The position numbers and the translations under genes are program-made. DNA of 49,828 nt, taken from positions 1-49,828 of the forward strand of contig JAFGIO010000030.1 of assembly GCA_016929555.1 (NCBI GenBank). Reading direction: 5' to 3'. This DNA is from Deltaproteobacteria bacterium (lineage in GTDB: Bacteria > Desulfobacterota > Syntrophia > Syntrophales > JAFGIO01). The notes beneath the pieces were generated by a model. It did not search any database. It was given only the letters and a program-made list of their open reading frames with translations, and had not been told where the DNA came from. Below, one piece after another: positions 32,239 through 41,728 of the stretch (position 1 is the stretch's first letter; each line of letters begins with the position of its first letter).

Positions 32239-33846
32239 TCAGCGTTTCCCGATATGGAGGATCCCTTTCGTGATGTTGCAGAGATGGTCGTTCATACGGC
32301 TGATATAGATGAGGATATCTGAAAAGACGAGTCCCGAATCGTTCACGCAGACGCCCTGCTCGAGACGTTCGATATGATTCAGCCTATACTGGACGGCAAG
32401 CTCGTCGATTTCCTTTTCGATCACGAGGGTGATGCTCGCCGCATTGTGATCGTCATTGCTCAGAGCCTTTTGGGTGAAATGCATCAGGGTCAGGGTCTTG
32501 TCGAAAAGGCGCGTCAATTCGAATTGGGCGGTTTGAGAAAAAGCAAGGTTGTCCTCGTATAAACGCTGGGCCAGCTTGGAAATGTCCTGGCAGTAATCCC
32601 CTACCCGTTCCAGATCATTAACGCTGTGAATCAAGGCGGGAACGGTCTTGCGTTTTTCGTCCGATAACTCTCCCTTCGTAATCTCCACGAGATATGCGGT
32701 AATATCACGCTGCATTTCGTCCACGGACTGTTCGTCAATGGAGATCTCATTCTTGAGTTTGTGATTGTAATGAATGATGCATAGTCTCGCTTTCTCCAGC
32801 ATTTCCAGGTTGATGGCAAGCATGACCGAGAGCTGGCGGATCACCGCCCTGATGGCCAGTTCCGGTGTGGCCAATAGGTTTTCATCCAGGTATTTCGTTT
32901 CCTTCTTCTCGTAATCTTCTCCGGGAATCAGCTTATTCAGGGCTTTCAGAAAGAGAGAGACGAAGGGAAGGAAAAGGATCACATTGACTATATTGAACAG
33001 GCTGTGAAAGTTGGCGATCTGGCGGGAGATATCACCAGAGAGCATCGCGATGAGCTTGAAGGAAAGGGGCAACATGGCCAGCGCCACCACTGTTCCCAGG
33101 ATGTTGAACATGGCATGACCGGCAGCGAGCCTGCGGCTGGCGAGCTTTCCCCCGATGCTGGCAATCACCGCGGTGATGCAGGTCCCGATATTGTCTCCCA
33201 AGATGAGGTAAACGGAGGCATTCAGGTCCAGCAGGTCCGCTGAGGCAAGGGCGATGACCATCCCGATGGAGGTGCTGCTGCTTTGCAGTATCATTGTCAT
33301 GATGAGTCCCGTGACGATACCGAGGAGGGGGTACTTGCCGAATTGCAGAAAGAGATTCACGATATCTTCATTGCCTGTAAGGGGTTTGACTGCCTCCGTC
33401 ATGATGTTGAGACCCGTGAAAAGCATGCCGAAGCCGAGGATCGCCAGTCCCTTGTTCTTGTGCTTGGTTTTTCTCGCGAAAAAGAAGATCAAGGACCCGG
33501 CAAAAACAAATAGGAGCGCTGAATCTGTGAGCTTGAATGCGATCAATTGGGCCGTGACGGTCGTGCCTATGTTGGCGCCGAAGATGACGGGCAGCGCCGC
33601 TGCAAGGCTGATCAAGCCGGCGTTGATAAAGCCGATCAGAAGCACCGAGGTGGCGCTCGAACTCTGGATGAGGGAGGTGAATCCTGCACCGACCAGCATG
33701 GATGTGATGCGGTTTATCGTAATCTTTGTGAGGACGGTCTTCAGCAGACCCAGGGAAAGTTTCTGAAGGGAATCGCTGAGAAGATAGATGCCGTAAATGA
33801 AAATGCCGAGTCCGCCCAAGATACCGAAAACGATCGAATGATTCAT
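32239..33846 (-). CDS. Na+/phosphate cotransporter family protein with C-terminal PhoU-like domain
   Basis: 535 aa. Duplicated membrane repeat (QSSSATS / QSSSTS) typical of NptA/YjbB, cytoplasmic helical PhoU-type tail. Markedly lower GC than its neighbours. Confidence 0.85.
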   Translation of the reverse strand: MNHSIVFGILGGLGIFIYGIYLLSDSLQKLSLGLLKTVLTKITINRITSMLVGAGFTSLIQSSSATSVLLIGFINAGLISLAAALPVIFGANIGTTVTAQLIAFKLTDSALLFVFAGSLIFFFARKTKHKNKGLAILGFGMLFTGLNIMTEAVKPLTGNEDIVNLFLQFGKYPLLGIVTGLIMTMILQSSSTSIGMVIALASADLLDLNASVYLILGDNIGTCITAVIASIGGKLASRRLAAGHAMFNILGTVVALAMLPLSFKLIAMLSGDISRQIANFHSLFNIVNVILFLPFVSLFLKALNKLIPGEDYEKKETKYLDENLLATPELAIRAVIRQLSVMLAINLEMLEKARLCIIHYNHKLKNEISIDEQSVDEMQRDITAYLVEITKGELSDEKRKTVPALIHSVNDLERVGDYCQDISKLAQRLYEDNLAFSQTAQFELTRLFDKTLTLMHFTQKALSNDDHNAASITLVIEKEIDELAVQYRLNHIERLEQGVCVNDSGLVFSDILIYISRMNDHLCNITKGILHIGKR

Positions 33847-33995
33847 GATGTAGTCAATGGGTAGCGAAAGTCAGGATAATACAACAATTATAGGGCCGAA
33901 TGTCCCGCCCTTTCTTCACGATCAGATCATGATGAAACCGAATGTCTCCTTTGGTTCCTGCGCATGGAATAGCGCAACGGGTCAATCGAAGCGCG

Positions 33996-34958
33996 TTAGA
34001 CGCCCCATTTGCGGATCGCTCCGACGGCTTCATCGGCAGCGAATTCGATCAAACCCCTGCAGACAGCAGCCTTCCCGATGAATCCTTGAAAATCGTCATA
34101 ACCTTCAAAGGACTGACCGGTGAGTTCCCGGCAATTCATCGAACCGGCCCTTTGGCGGAAATTGGCCACGATTTCTTTGCCGATGCAAAAAGGCTCCGGC
34201 GCCCCCATTGGGTGCTCCTTGAGCAAATTGATGTGGCCGATGAGAAAAGCCTTGATCGTATCCCGGAGGTTGCCCTGGCGGATGTCCAGACCGAACTTGA
34301 GGTTGATGCCGAGAATTGCCCCAACCAGGGCGCCGCAGACGCCGCCGCTCAGTCCTACTCCGCCGTCGAGCACAAAGGCTATCCGGTCCAACGGATCGTT
34401 GCCGATTCCTGTTCTTTTCCTGAACAAATCGAGCACTCCAAGTGCGCAGTGGACCGGTTGATGGACGGCGCCGCCGGAGAGACCGCCGGTTTCGGGCAGT
34501 CCGGCCCGAATTCTGTCGTGCAGGTATCGAATGGCGCCTCGTATATGCCACAGGCAGCCGGCCACCCGGTCTCCCGGCAGCAAATATCTGATCTGCCCCC
34601 AGGGCTTGTAAAAATCCGCCCTGCTGCGCAGACGGCAGAAGGTCGTTCCATAGGAATCGCCGAACCACCGGCTGTATTGTCCAACCAGATCCGTGATCCC
34701 TGCCTCCGCGGGCGGTCCCCGCTCCTGCAACGCCCGGTCAAATGCCAGGGCCAGTCCCAGAGCGCCGCCGGTGATTACCCCGCAGGTCGACCCGGACGCG
34801 ACCACGCCCCCCTCCAGACCGGTTACCGCTCGCAAGACCGAGTCTTCCTGCCGCCCGATGATGCCCTGAATGGCTTCGTGCGAGGCCAGGGCGCAGTTCA
34901 AATCCTTGATCAGATAAAATGCAGCCCTGCGGCCCCAATAGGCCCTGTCGTTTTTCAT
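33996..34958 (-). CDS. C_GCAxxG_C_C-family protein, tandem two-repeat form
   Basis: Two copies of the family core: GLEGGVVASGSTCGVITGGALGLALAF and VLDGGVGLSGGVCGALVGAILGINLKFG, each preceded and followed by conserved Cys residues. Confidence 0.7.
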   Translation of the reverse strand: MKNDRAYWGRRAAFYLIKDLNCALASHEAIQGIIGRQEDSVLRAVTGLEGGVVASGSTCGVITGGALGLALAFDRALQERGPPAEAGITDLVGQYSRWFGDSYGTTFCRLRSRADFYKPWGQIRYLLPGDRVAGCLWHIRGAIRYLHDRIRAGLPETGGLSGGAVHQPVHCALGVLDLFRKRTGIGNDPLDRIAFVLDGGVGLSGGVCGALVGAILGINLKFGLDIRQGNLRDTIKAFLIGHINLLKEHPMGAPEPFCIGKEIVANFRQRAGSMNCRELTGQSFEGYDDFQGFIGKAAVCRGLIEFAADEAVGAIRKWGV

Positions 34959-34970
34959 AGGGGACCCTTG

Positions 34971-36239
34971 TTATGCAGCCGGGGAGTCCTGGCGCCACGG
35001 CACGGTGTCGCGTGGTTCGTCCGTGACCGTTTCCGCAGGTTCGAACCGGGGGTAGCCGTCATCTGCTGCCGCAGATCGGCAGCCCTGCTCAAGCAGGATG
35101 CCGCAGACCAGATGGCGCCATGGATAAGGAAAGGCGGCCAGGCACGAATGGGTGGCCCGCATGAATCGAATGCCCCACTCGTCCCGGTTCCTGACGGCTT
35201 CCGCGATGTCTGAAACCTTGGCCGGGCCGAGGTTCCGATGCGCAGCGATTACCGCGTCCCTCTGGTCGCGATGGAACCGTTCAAAAAGTTCAAAGAACCT
35301 GATGCAATTATCCCGACCGACGATGTAATCACCTTCCCGTACCTTGTCGCGCAGATCGTCGGGAAACCGGGCCAGGACCTCTTGCCCCCAATTGCTTTGG
35401 GAGCGGTGGCCGTCACCGGCCATCTCGATGTATCCTTCTTCGGCCATGGTCTTGTAGAAACCGTTGTAGCGGATCAGGCCGTTCACCGAGCTGTACATCA
35501 GCACCGGATTGATCTCGATGGTCACGTCGCCGGCGATCATGATCTTGAACTCCGGATCGTAGATCGACACATGGCCGGGCGAATGGGCGCAGTCGGGGAT
35601 CAGGACCAGTCTGCCCAGCGGCCAGCCTTTGACCGTGACACTGCCGAAAGTGAAGTCCCGGCACTCGTCCATCCGCAGGGGTTCTACCTGTTCACGTTTC
35701 GACACCAACCCACCATAGGCCATGGCCACGATGTTTTGCACGGCCATATCGGCCAGTTCCCGGGAATGTTTTCCGATGGCGGGAATCAGGGGAAGAATCG
35801 GCGACAGGTCTTCGCGCCAGTCGTAGTAAGGCTCCCGGGCCTTGAAATCCGCCACCCAATCCAGGGCAAATTCCAGCACCGGCCGCTCCCGTTCGTTCAG
35901 CACAAAATGTGTTTCACCGATGGCGTGTTCGTCGAGAATCTCGTTGTTGCCGGCATGGTCCAGGTGCGCCTGCGTCAACGTCATGTATAGACGATCCACT
36001 TGGCCGGCATAGGCGTCGATCAGCGAGACCAGTTTTTCCATCATCACGGGGCCGCGGCCGTTGTCGATCAAAACGAGGTTTCTGTCGTCTTTGACGAGAT
36101 AGGCATTGCTGCAGACGTGCTGGCCGAAAAAAACATTCGGAAACCAGCCTTCAATCCACCAGAAGTCCGGCGCCATCTGGCGCACCTGCTTGAGGAGAAT
36201 GGGATCCTTGCGGATCAATACAGCGTCACTGAGTTTCAC
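34971..36239 (-). CDS. metallo-beta-lactamase-fold protein with altered first metal motif
   Basis: GTG start at 36239, 6 nt after AGGAGG. TQAHLDH in place of HxHxDH, then CAHSPGH, IAGD and GDGH. The remaining 129 upstream codons of track ORF 34971..36626 have no family signal. Confidence 0.7.
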   Translation of the reverse strand: MKLSDAVLIRKDPILLKQVRQMAPDFWWIEGWFPNVFFGQHVCSNAYLVKDDRNLVLIDNGRGPVMMEKLVSLIDAYAGQVDRLYMTLTQAHLDHAGNNEILDEHAIGETHFVLNERERPVLEFALDWVADFKAREPYYDWREDLSPILPLIPAIGKHSRELADMAVQNIVAMAYGGLVSKREQVEPLRMDECRDFTFGSVTVKGWPLGRLVLIPDCAHSPGHVSIYDPEFKIMIAGDVTIEINPVLMYSSVNGLIRYNGFYKTMAEEGYIEMAGDGHRSQSNWGQEVLARFPDDLRDKVREGDYIVGRDNCIRFFELFERFHRDQRDAVIAAHRNLGPAKVSDIAEAVRNRDEWGIRFMRATHSCLAAFPYPWRHLVCGILLEQGCRSAAADDGYPRFEPAETVTDEPRDTVPWRQDSPAA

Positions 36240-36470
36240 GAGTCGCCTCCTGTCGTTTCGGGGTATTCCATAAATGCGTCGCCATGGGACTTCGTTTCTG
36301 CCGGTATGTCCCAAAGAACCTGATTGAATTGATAAGTTTGAGAATACATTGTCTTTCGGCGGATAGAGCATAGGCGGAAGGGTCTTTTGTGTCAAGGAAA
36401 TCCTGCTTGCGGGTCTGTTCTTATTCCGGTGCTGGCTTTGTCCTCCAAGCTCTGCTATGATGCCGCCGCT

Positions 36471-37895
36471 ATGTCGAAACCCGATTTCCTGACGAGCGAC
36501 GGGACCGCCGGGAAGCCGGAACCCATGGACCTGTTCCGGGACCCCATGGGCGGTCCGGAACTCCGCGCCCTCTACGGTTCCATCTGGAAGCTGTCCTGGC
36601 CGGTGTTCCTGAGCGAAGGCATCCATTCCGTCGTGAGCATGATCAACCGCGTCATCGTAAGCCAGTTGGGCGAAAAGGCTTTCAACAGCGTGAACGTGGG
36701 CTTGATGGTCTTTCTGCTCATCATCACCGTCATCGCCGCCGTTGCAGTAGGAACCACGGCATTGGTGGCACAGTCCTGGGGTGCGGGCGACCGCAGGAAG
36801 GCAGGGCAGGTCCTACAGCAGAGCCTGCTCTTCGGCCTGCTGCTCACCCTGGTCATCACTTTGCTTGGCATGCCCCTCTCCCGGATAACCTACTATCTGC
36901 TCGGCGCCGACCAGGAAACCGTGACACTGGGCTCCCAGTACCTTTTTTGGCTTTTTGCGGCCCTGCCCCTGTTGGCACCGGGATTCTTCATGGCGGCGGC
37001 CCTGCGGGGGGCCGGCGACACCAAGACGCCCATGATCGTTGGGATCTTCATGGGCCTCGTTTCCCTGCTGCTTTCCTACGGCCTGATCCTGGGCCGGCTG
37101 GGCATGCCGCGCCTGGAGACCCTCGGGGCGGCCCTGGCCATCGACGGGTCCTTTACCTTCTACACCCTGGTCATGGCAATCCTTTTCCTTTTCAACAGAA
37201 ACGTCCTGAAGCTGCCGGTGTCGGGCTGGCGCCTCGACCTCCGTCTGGGGGCGTCGATCTTCAAGATCGGCATCCCCTCGGCCCTCGAATGGATCCTGAT
37301 CCAGTTTGGGATTCTCATCTATGTATTCATCATCTACCGGTACGGAAACGCTGCGGCGGCGGGATACTTCACCGGAATCGCCATCCTCGCCTTCGCCCAG
37401 ACGCCGGCCTTCGGCATCCAGACGGCCACGACGATCCTCGTGGGCCAGGCGATCGGAGCGAGGGATTTCGGCCGGGCCGAAAGCGCTTTCCGCCACACCA
37501 CGTTCCTGGGCTTCATCTTGATGGCGGCGATCGGGGGCCTGATCTATTTCGCCTTCACTCCGACAACCCTCTCCTGGCTCTTTGGGAAGCTCACGGCAGA
37601 GTCCATCGCCTTTAGCAGGCTTTACGTCGTTCTGCTCGTTTTCGTGCTGCCGCTCATGGGGATCGCCTTACCCATGGCGGGCGGCCTGCGGGGGGCGGGT
37701 GACACGGTGCCGCCGCTGATCGCCTCCACCGTCGGGGTATATGGCGGAAGAATTCTTCTGGCAATGGGGGCCTACCATCTGTTCCACCCCTCTGTGCTGG
37801 TCATCTGGTGTTCCATGTTTCCGGATCTGATCCTGCGGATCGCCATCATGGCCTTGCGTCTTGCCTCGGGTCGGTGGAAGCGGGCCAAGATCTGA
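36471..37895 (+). CDS. MATE-family efflux transporter
   Basis: 474 aa, about 12 TM segments. Two-fold repeat, each half carrying a LRGAGDT motif (AALRGAGDTKTPM, GGLRGAGDTVPPL). Confidence 0.85.
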   Translation: MSKPDFLTSDGTAGKPEPMDLFRDPMGGPELRALYGSIWKLSWPVFLSEGIHSVVSMINRVIVSQLGEKAFNSVNVGLMVFLLIITVIAAVAVGTTALVAQSWGAGDRRKAGQVLQQSLLFGLLLTLVITLLGMPLSRITYYLLGADQETVTLGSQYLFWLFAALPLLAPGFFMAAALRGAGDTKTPMIVGIFMGLVSLLLSYGLILGRLGMPRLETLGAALAIDGSFTFYTLVMAILFLFNRNVLKLPVSGWRLDLRLGASIFKIGIPSALEWILIQFGILIYVFIIYRYGNAAAAGYFTGIAILAFAQTPAFGIQTATTILVGQAIGARDFGRAESAFRHTTFLGFILMAAIGGLIYFAFTPTTLSWLFGKLTAESIAFSRLYVVLLVFVLPLMGIALPMAGGLRGAGDTVPPLIASTVGVYGGRILLAMGAYHLFHPSVLVIWCSMFPDLILRIAIMALRLASGRWKRAKI

Positions 37896-38254
37896 CCGAT
37901 TCCCGGCCGTAAAGGCGCGGAGAGGATAACCTCTTCTTTCGGTACCGCCGTTTTCCATATCGGAATCCCTTCAAAGACAGGATAGGATCTCATGCAAACC
38001 GCAGGAACCGGAGGTTTCGGAAGGGAGATTGAAATGGAATTGCCTGATATGCTATGCATCATTCATTGCTTTTGGGCAAAAGCCAGGGTCAGGAGCCGTA
38101 CCTGGGGTCAACGGGCCGTCGACGGCGACCGGTTTTCTTGCAACGGGACGGGGCAGGAAACCTTTCCGGGATGGATCACGGCCGTAGTCGTTTTCGGCTG
38201 GCCCTTCGTTTTTCTCCAGAATGTCCCGATGTTCACGGATAAGAGAAAAGTGCA

Positions 38255-39064
38255 ATGGGTCCTTCGTACGTTCATGGGTACAATTCAAGGGAAAACATAA
38301 GGTTGCAGGACCAAGCCTCTACCCTGGTCGAACTGCTGCACTTCGATACGGCCTATCCGGCGGGATGCCGGGTTCTGGAAGCCGGTTGCGGGGTGGGGGC
38401 GCAGACCGTTACCCTTGCCGCCAACAGCCCGGATGCCTTGATCACTTCCATCGACATTTCCGGCGACTCCCTTGCCGAAGCCGACAGGAAAGTGAAAGCG
38501 GCAGGTTTGAAGAATGTTCGATTCCGGCAGGCGGACATCTTCGCCCTGCCTTTCGAACCTCGATCTTTCGATCACGTGTTCGTCTGTTTTGTCCTGGAGC
38601 ATCTGTCCCGGCCGGGGGAGGCGCTCGGTATCCTGAAGGAACTCCTGATAAGAAATGGAACCATTACCGTCATCGAAGGGGATCACGGTTCGGCCTATTT
38701 CCACCCCGACAGCGAGGCCGCCCGTAAGGCCATACAATGCCAGGTGGAATTGCAGCGGCGGGCGGGCGGCAATGCGATGATCGGGAGAGAGCTCTATCCG
38801 CTGCTGCGGGAGGCGGGATTCGAATCGATCCGGGTGTCGCCGCGGATGGTCTATGTCGATTCCAGCAGGCCGAAATTTGTCGAGGGCTTTACAAAGAACA
38901 CCTTCACCGCCATGATCGAGGGGGTTCGGGAGGCGGCCCTTGCGGCCGGCATCGTCGAGCGGCACGTTTTCGATCGGGGGATTCGAGACCTCTATAGAAC
39001 GACGGAGGCGGATGGCGTTTTCTGCTATACCTTCTTCAAGGCGGTTGCCCTGAACATCGGATGA
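38255..39064 (+). CDS. class I SAM-dependent methyltransferase
   Basis: Motif I VLEAGCGVGAQT, motif II/III region FDHVFVCFVLEH. Confidence 0.8.
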   Translation: MGPSYVHGYNSRENIRLQDQASTLVELLHFDTAYPAGCRVLEAGCGVGAQTVTLAANSPDALITSIDISGDSLAEADRKVKAAGLKNVRFRQADIFALPFEPRSFDHVFVCFVLEHLSRPGEALGILKELLIRNGTITVIEGDHGSAYFHPDSEAARKAIQCQVELQRRAGGNAMIGRELYPLLREAGFESIRVSPRMVYVDSSRPKFVEGFTKNTFTAMIEGVREAALAAGIVERHVFDRGIRDLYRTTEADGVFCYTFFKAVALNIG

Positions 39065-39085
39065 TTGCCGGGACGAAAGGACCGG

Positions 39086-39105
39086 ATTCCCTCTGCCGCG
39101 GGAAT
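39086..39105 (+). terminator. hairpin after the methyltransferase gene (member of the ATTCC/GGGAAT element family)
   Basis: ATTCCC-tctgccgc-GGGAAT: 6-bp stem, 22 nt after the stop codon. Confidence 0.3.
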
Positions 39106-39325
39106 TGCGGTGGATGCTGAACCGGCGCAGGCGTCTGCCCTGAAAAAAAGATAGACAGATCTCCTGCGGGATCGTGTATACTGTCCCCGGTATTTCCTTT
39201 GCGAACTCTGAATGAAAATCAAGGGCTCGATCCCGTCTTTACGGGGGTTTTAACCCGTTTCAAGGGGGCAGGCTGAGAGTCTGGAAGGGTAAGGGCTTTT
39301 TTTGCAAGATCATCAAAGGTGACCC

Positions 39326-40546
39326 ATGTTCGATAAACGCATTTTCCACAGATATATATTCCTGATGGCCTTCGTGCTTGCCGGCTTATCCGGCACGGCA
39401 CAGGCTGCCATCGTTTTTGGCCAGCTTCCCCCGCCCCCGCCCAATGCCAAACTGAGGGTTTTCGTCCTGCCCCTGACGGAAGGCAGCGGACCCGGAGGCC
39501 GCTGGCTGGTGCCGCATGAGGATTATGCCCGGAATATGGCGCAGCTCACCGAAAAATATCTCGACAAAACGGGTATCTACGAAGTGGTTCCCGAGACGGA
39601 AATCCGGTACATCCTGGGGGATCAGTCCGTCGCCGATTGGCAATGGCGCAGGAGCGATTACGCCTTGGCCGGTAAAGCCGGCAGGTCCCTCCATGCCGAC
39701 TTTATCATGATTCTCGATCGGAGCTATGTTCTGCATCTGAAGTGGAAGATGCGGCTGGTCCATCCGGAGACCGGCAACTTTTACGAGGTCTCGGATTATC
39801 TGCCGATGATGAGGCAGGGTGGAGATACCATCCAGGATCTTTACAAGCGAATCATCATGACGTCCTATCGGAAGATATTCCATGAAGCAAAGCGGGATAT
39901 GCTGGCCACGGCCGTCCGCAAGGGACGTATTACACGGCCCCTGCCTCCCTCGCAGGAGATGCCGGCCACTCCGCCGGTGATGCAGCCTGAAAGGGCAAAG
40001 GCGCCGTCCGCCCCGGATGACGCCCCTCCGCAGCCTCGGCCGGAAGCGGCGACGCCGGCAGTCTCTGAGCCGGCGGCGGTTGAGACAGGGGGTGACAAAA
40101 CAGGGACCGTGCCCCGGGAAGGAACCGCCGCAGCGGGCAAGGCACGGCTCGTCGTCTATGATTTCGAGGCGAGTGAGGGCCTCGAAGTCGCAGCCCTCAT
40201 TCTGGCGGAATCCCTCCGGGAGGAACTCCTCAAGCACGGTCATTTGACCCTGGTCAACAGGGAAAACATGGTTCAGGCTCTCGAGGAGCTCAAACTGCAG
40301 CAGTCCGCCCTTGTGGATGAGGCAAACGTGATCCGGACGGGCCGGTGGCTGGCCGCCAGCGAAGCCGTTACGGGCAGGTTCAGCGTGCTCGGTGCTATCT
40401 GCCTTCTCCAGGCGAAGCTCACGGATCTCAAGACCATGGGTACCCTGGCCATGAGGTCTCTCAAGTGCAGGATCGGCCGGGAGGAAGAACTCCTCGATGG
40501 CATGGTGGAACTCGCCGATCAGCTATCGAAAGCAGCAGCGCGGTAA
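39326..40546 (+). CDS. secreted hypothetical protein: two LpoB/FlgO/CsgG(TolB-N)-like modules separated by a Pro/Ala-rich linker
   Basis: Signal peptide (FLMAFVLAGLSGTAQA|A), about 70 aa P/A-rich spacer. The C-terminal module has the pattern ARLVVYDFE...LTLVNRENMVQALEELKLQQS typical of that fold. Confidence 0.6.
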   Translation: MFDKRIFHRYIFLMAFVLAGLSGTAQAAIVFGQLPPPPPNAKLRVFVLPLTEGSGPGGRWLVPHEDYARNMAQLTEKYLDKTGIYEVVPETEIRYILGDQSVADWQWRRSDYALAGKAGRSLHADFIMILDRSYVLHLKWKMRLVHPETGNFYEVSDYLPMMRQGGDTIQDLYKRIIMTSYRKIFHEAKRDMLATAVRKGRITRPLPPSQEMPATPPVMQPERAKAPSAPDDAPPQPRPEAATPAVSEPAAVETGGDKTGTVPREGTAAAGKARLVVYDFEASEGLEVAALILAESLREELLKHGHLTLVNRENMVQALEELKLQQSALVDEANVIRTGRWLAASEAVTGRFSVLGAICLLQAKLTDLKTMGTLAMRSLKCRIGREEELLDGMVELADQLSKAAAR

Positions 40547-40560
40547 TTTCCCCGTCCTTT

Positions 40561-41394
40561 TCAGGAGTTCTCTTCCGCCGCTTCCTCTTCGATGAAATCC
40601 ATAATTTCCCGCCACTGCCCTGTGGCTACCCTCTCCGGCCAATCGTTGTGCCCGGCTCCCTTGATCGTCCACATCTTCCTGTGGCCGCGGAGCGCCTCGA
40701 ACAATGCGACAGCATGTCTTATCGGAATGATTTCGTCACGCTCTGCACCGATGACGGCGATCGGCCCCCGAAAGGATTTCAGGTTTTCGATGTTGTCGTA
40801 ACCGTCTTTCATGAGCCATCGAACCGGCAGGAAGGGAAATTTGGATTTCGCCACAGCCCACAGGGTATCCCAGGGCGTTATGAGGACGATGCCGTCGATC
40901 GGGAGCGACCTGTCCGCGGCCGCTCCGGCCGCGACGCCGCATCCCAGGGATTCTCCCAGAAGGAAAAGGGGCTGCCCGTATGATTCGGAGGCGAGACGAA
41001 CGGTCACCCGGGCGTCTTCCACAAAAGATCGTTCGCCCAGCGCTCCCTCCCGCGTCCCGTAACCCGGATACTCTGCGAGGATGACGCGATAGCCTATCGA
41101 GCCCAGTATCGATACGTAATAATCCCTGTCGGAAGCCGTTCCTGCGTTTCCATGAAAAACGATGACCGTCCCTTGGCATTTGCCGATTTCGGCTGTACCG
41201 GTGAAACCGCGATAACCGGCCGGTCCGGACGGCCAAAAACGAATCTGGCCGGCAGCCAGCTCCGTCTCCGAAGGCAATGACGTGCCTGGATAGTAGAGCA
41301 TTTTGGTTTGCAGGTCGCAGCCGAACATTGACATGAAAAATGCGATCAGAAGGAAAGCTCTCGCAGCGGAGCTGCAATGCATTATACACCACAT
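40561..41394 (-). CDS. alpha/beta-fold hydrolase, probable lipoprotein
   Basis: GESLGCG nucleophile elbow, HG oxyanion region (IVFHGNAG), C-terminal GAGHND His. N-terminal signal with Cys (SMFGC). Confidence 0.75.
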   Translation of the reverse strand: MWCIMHCSSAARAFLLIAFFMSMFGCDLQTKMLYYPGTSLPSETELAAGQIRFWPSGPAGYRGFTGTAEIGKCQGTVIVFHGNAGTASDRDYYVSILGSIGYRVILAEYPGYGTREGALGERSFVEDARVTVRLASESYGQPLFLLGESLGCGVAAGAAADRSLPIDGIVLITPWDTLWAVAKSKFPFLPVRWLMKDGYDNIENLKSFRGPIAVIGAERDEIIPIRHAVALFEALRGHRKMWTIKGAGHNDWPERVATGQWREIMDFIEEEAAEENS

Positions 41395-41499
41395 CGGATC
41401 ATAGACTCGAACTCAAAGCGCGGGAATGCCAAGAAGGGGTCAAATCGGACTTTTTACGGTTTCATCAAATCCGGCCTAGATTGTACGTCGACCGTCCTG

Positions 41500-41728
41500 T
41501 CAAAACTTGGTCGGCCAGTTGGCCAGCTTGTGTTCGCTGACGAGACCCTTCCGGTAATCCTGGCAGATCTCCAGGGTTTTGATGATCTGTTCCCTCGTGT
41601 CCCGTGGATCGATCACGTCGTGAAGGGCATGAAGACCCGCCGGAGTAGGGAGAGGCATCGAAACGCCTCTGCTGCCGGGCGTGGCTTCTCCGCTGCTGCA
41701 GTTCCTCCAATTCCCTCTCGAACGGCAT
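41500..41728 (-). pseudogene. relic of an acyl-CoA carboxylase beta / carboxyltransferase gene (N-terminal ~20 codons joined out of frame to the last ~45 codons)
   Basis: ATG at 41728 gives MPFERELEELQQRRSHARQQ. A different frame then reads ...AGLHALHDVIDPRDTREQIIKTLEICQDYRKGLVSEHKLANWPTKF*. D-VIDP-x-DTR is the C-terminal carboxyltransferase signature. The expected ~450 central codons are absent. Confidence 0.45.

Noticed and set aside
33942-35213. 423-aa plus-strand ORF.
   Set aside because: It is antisense to the C_GCAxxG_C_C gene and the 3' end of the MBL gene, with low-complexity composition and no motifs.
36240-36626. 5' extension of the MBL-fold ORF (track 34971..36626).
   Set aside because: It has no family signal. 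An internal GTG at 36239 has an AGGAGG RBS, and the extension would run into the divergent MATE promoter region.
39152-39182. Promoter-like TAGACA ... TATACT upstream of the secreted-protein gene, and possible structured leader (39183-39325).
   Set aside because: The spacer is 19 nt (or the -10 is the poor TGTATA at 17 nt). The downstream hairpins are short (5 bp), and I recognise no riboswitch consensus.
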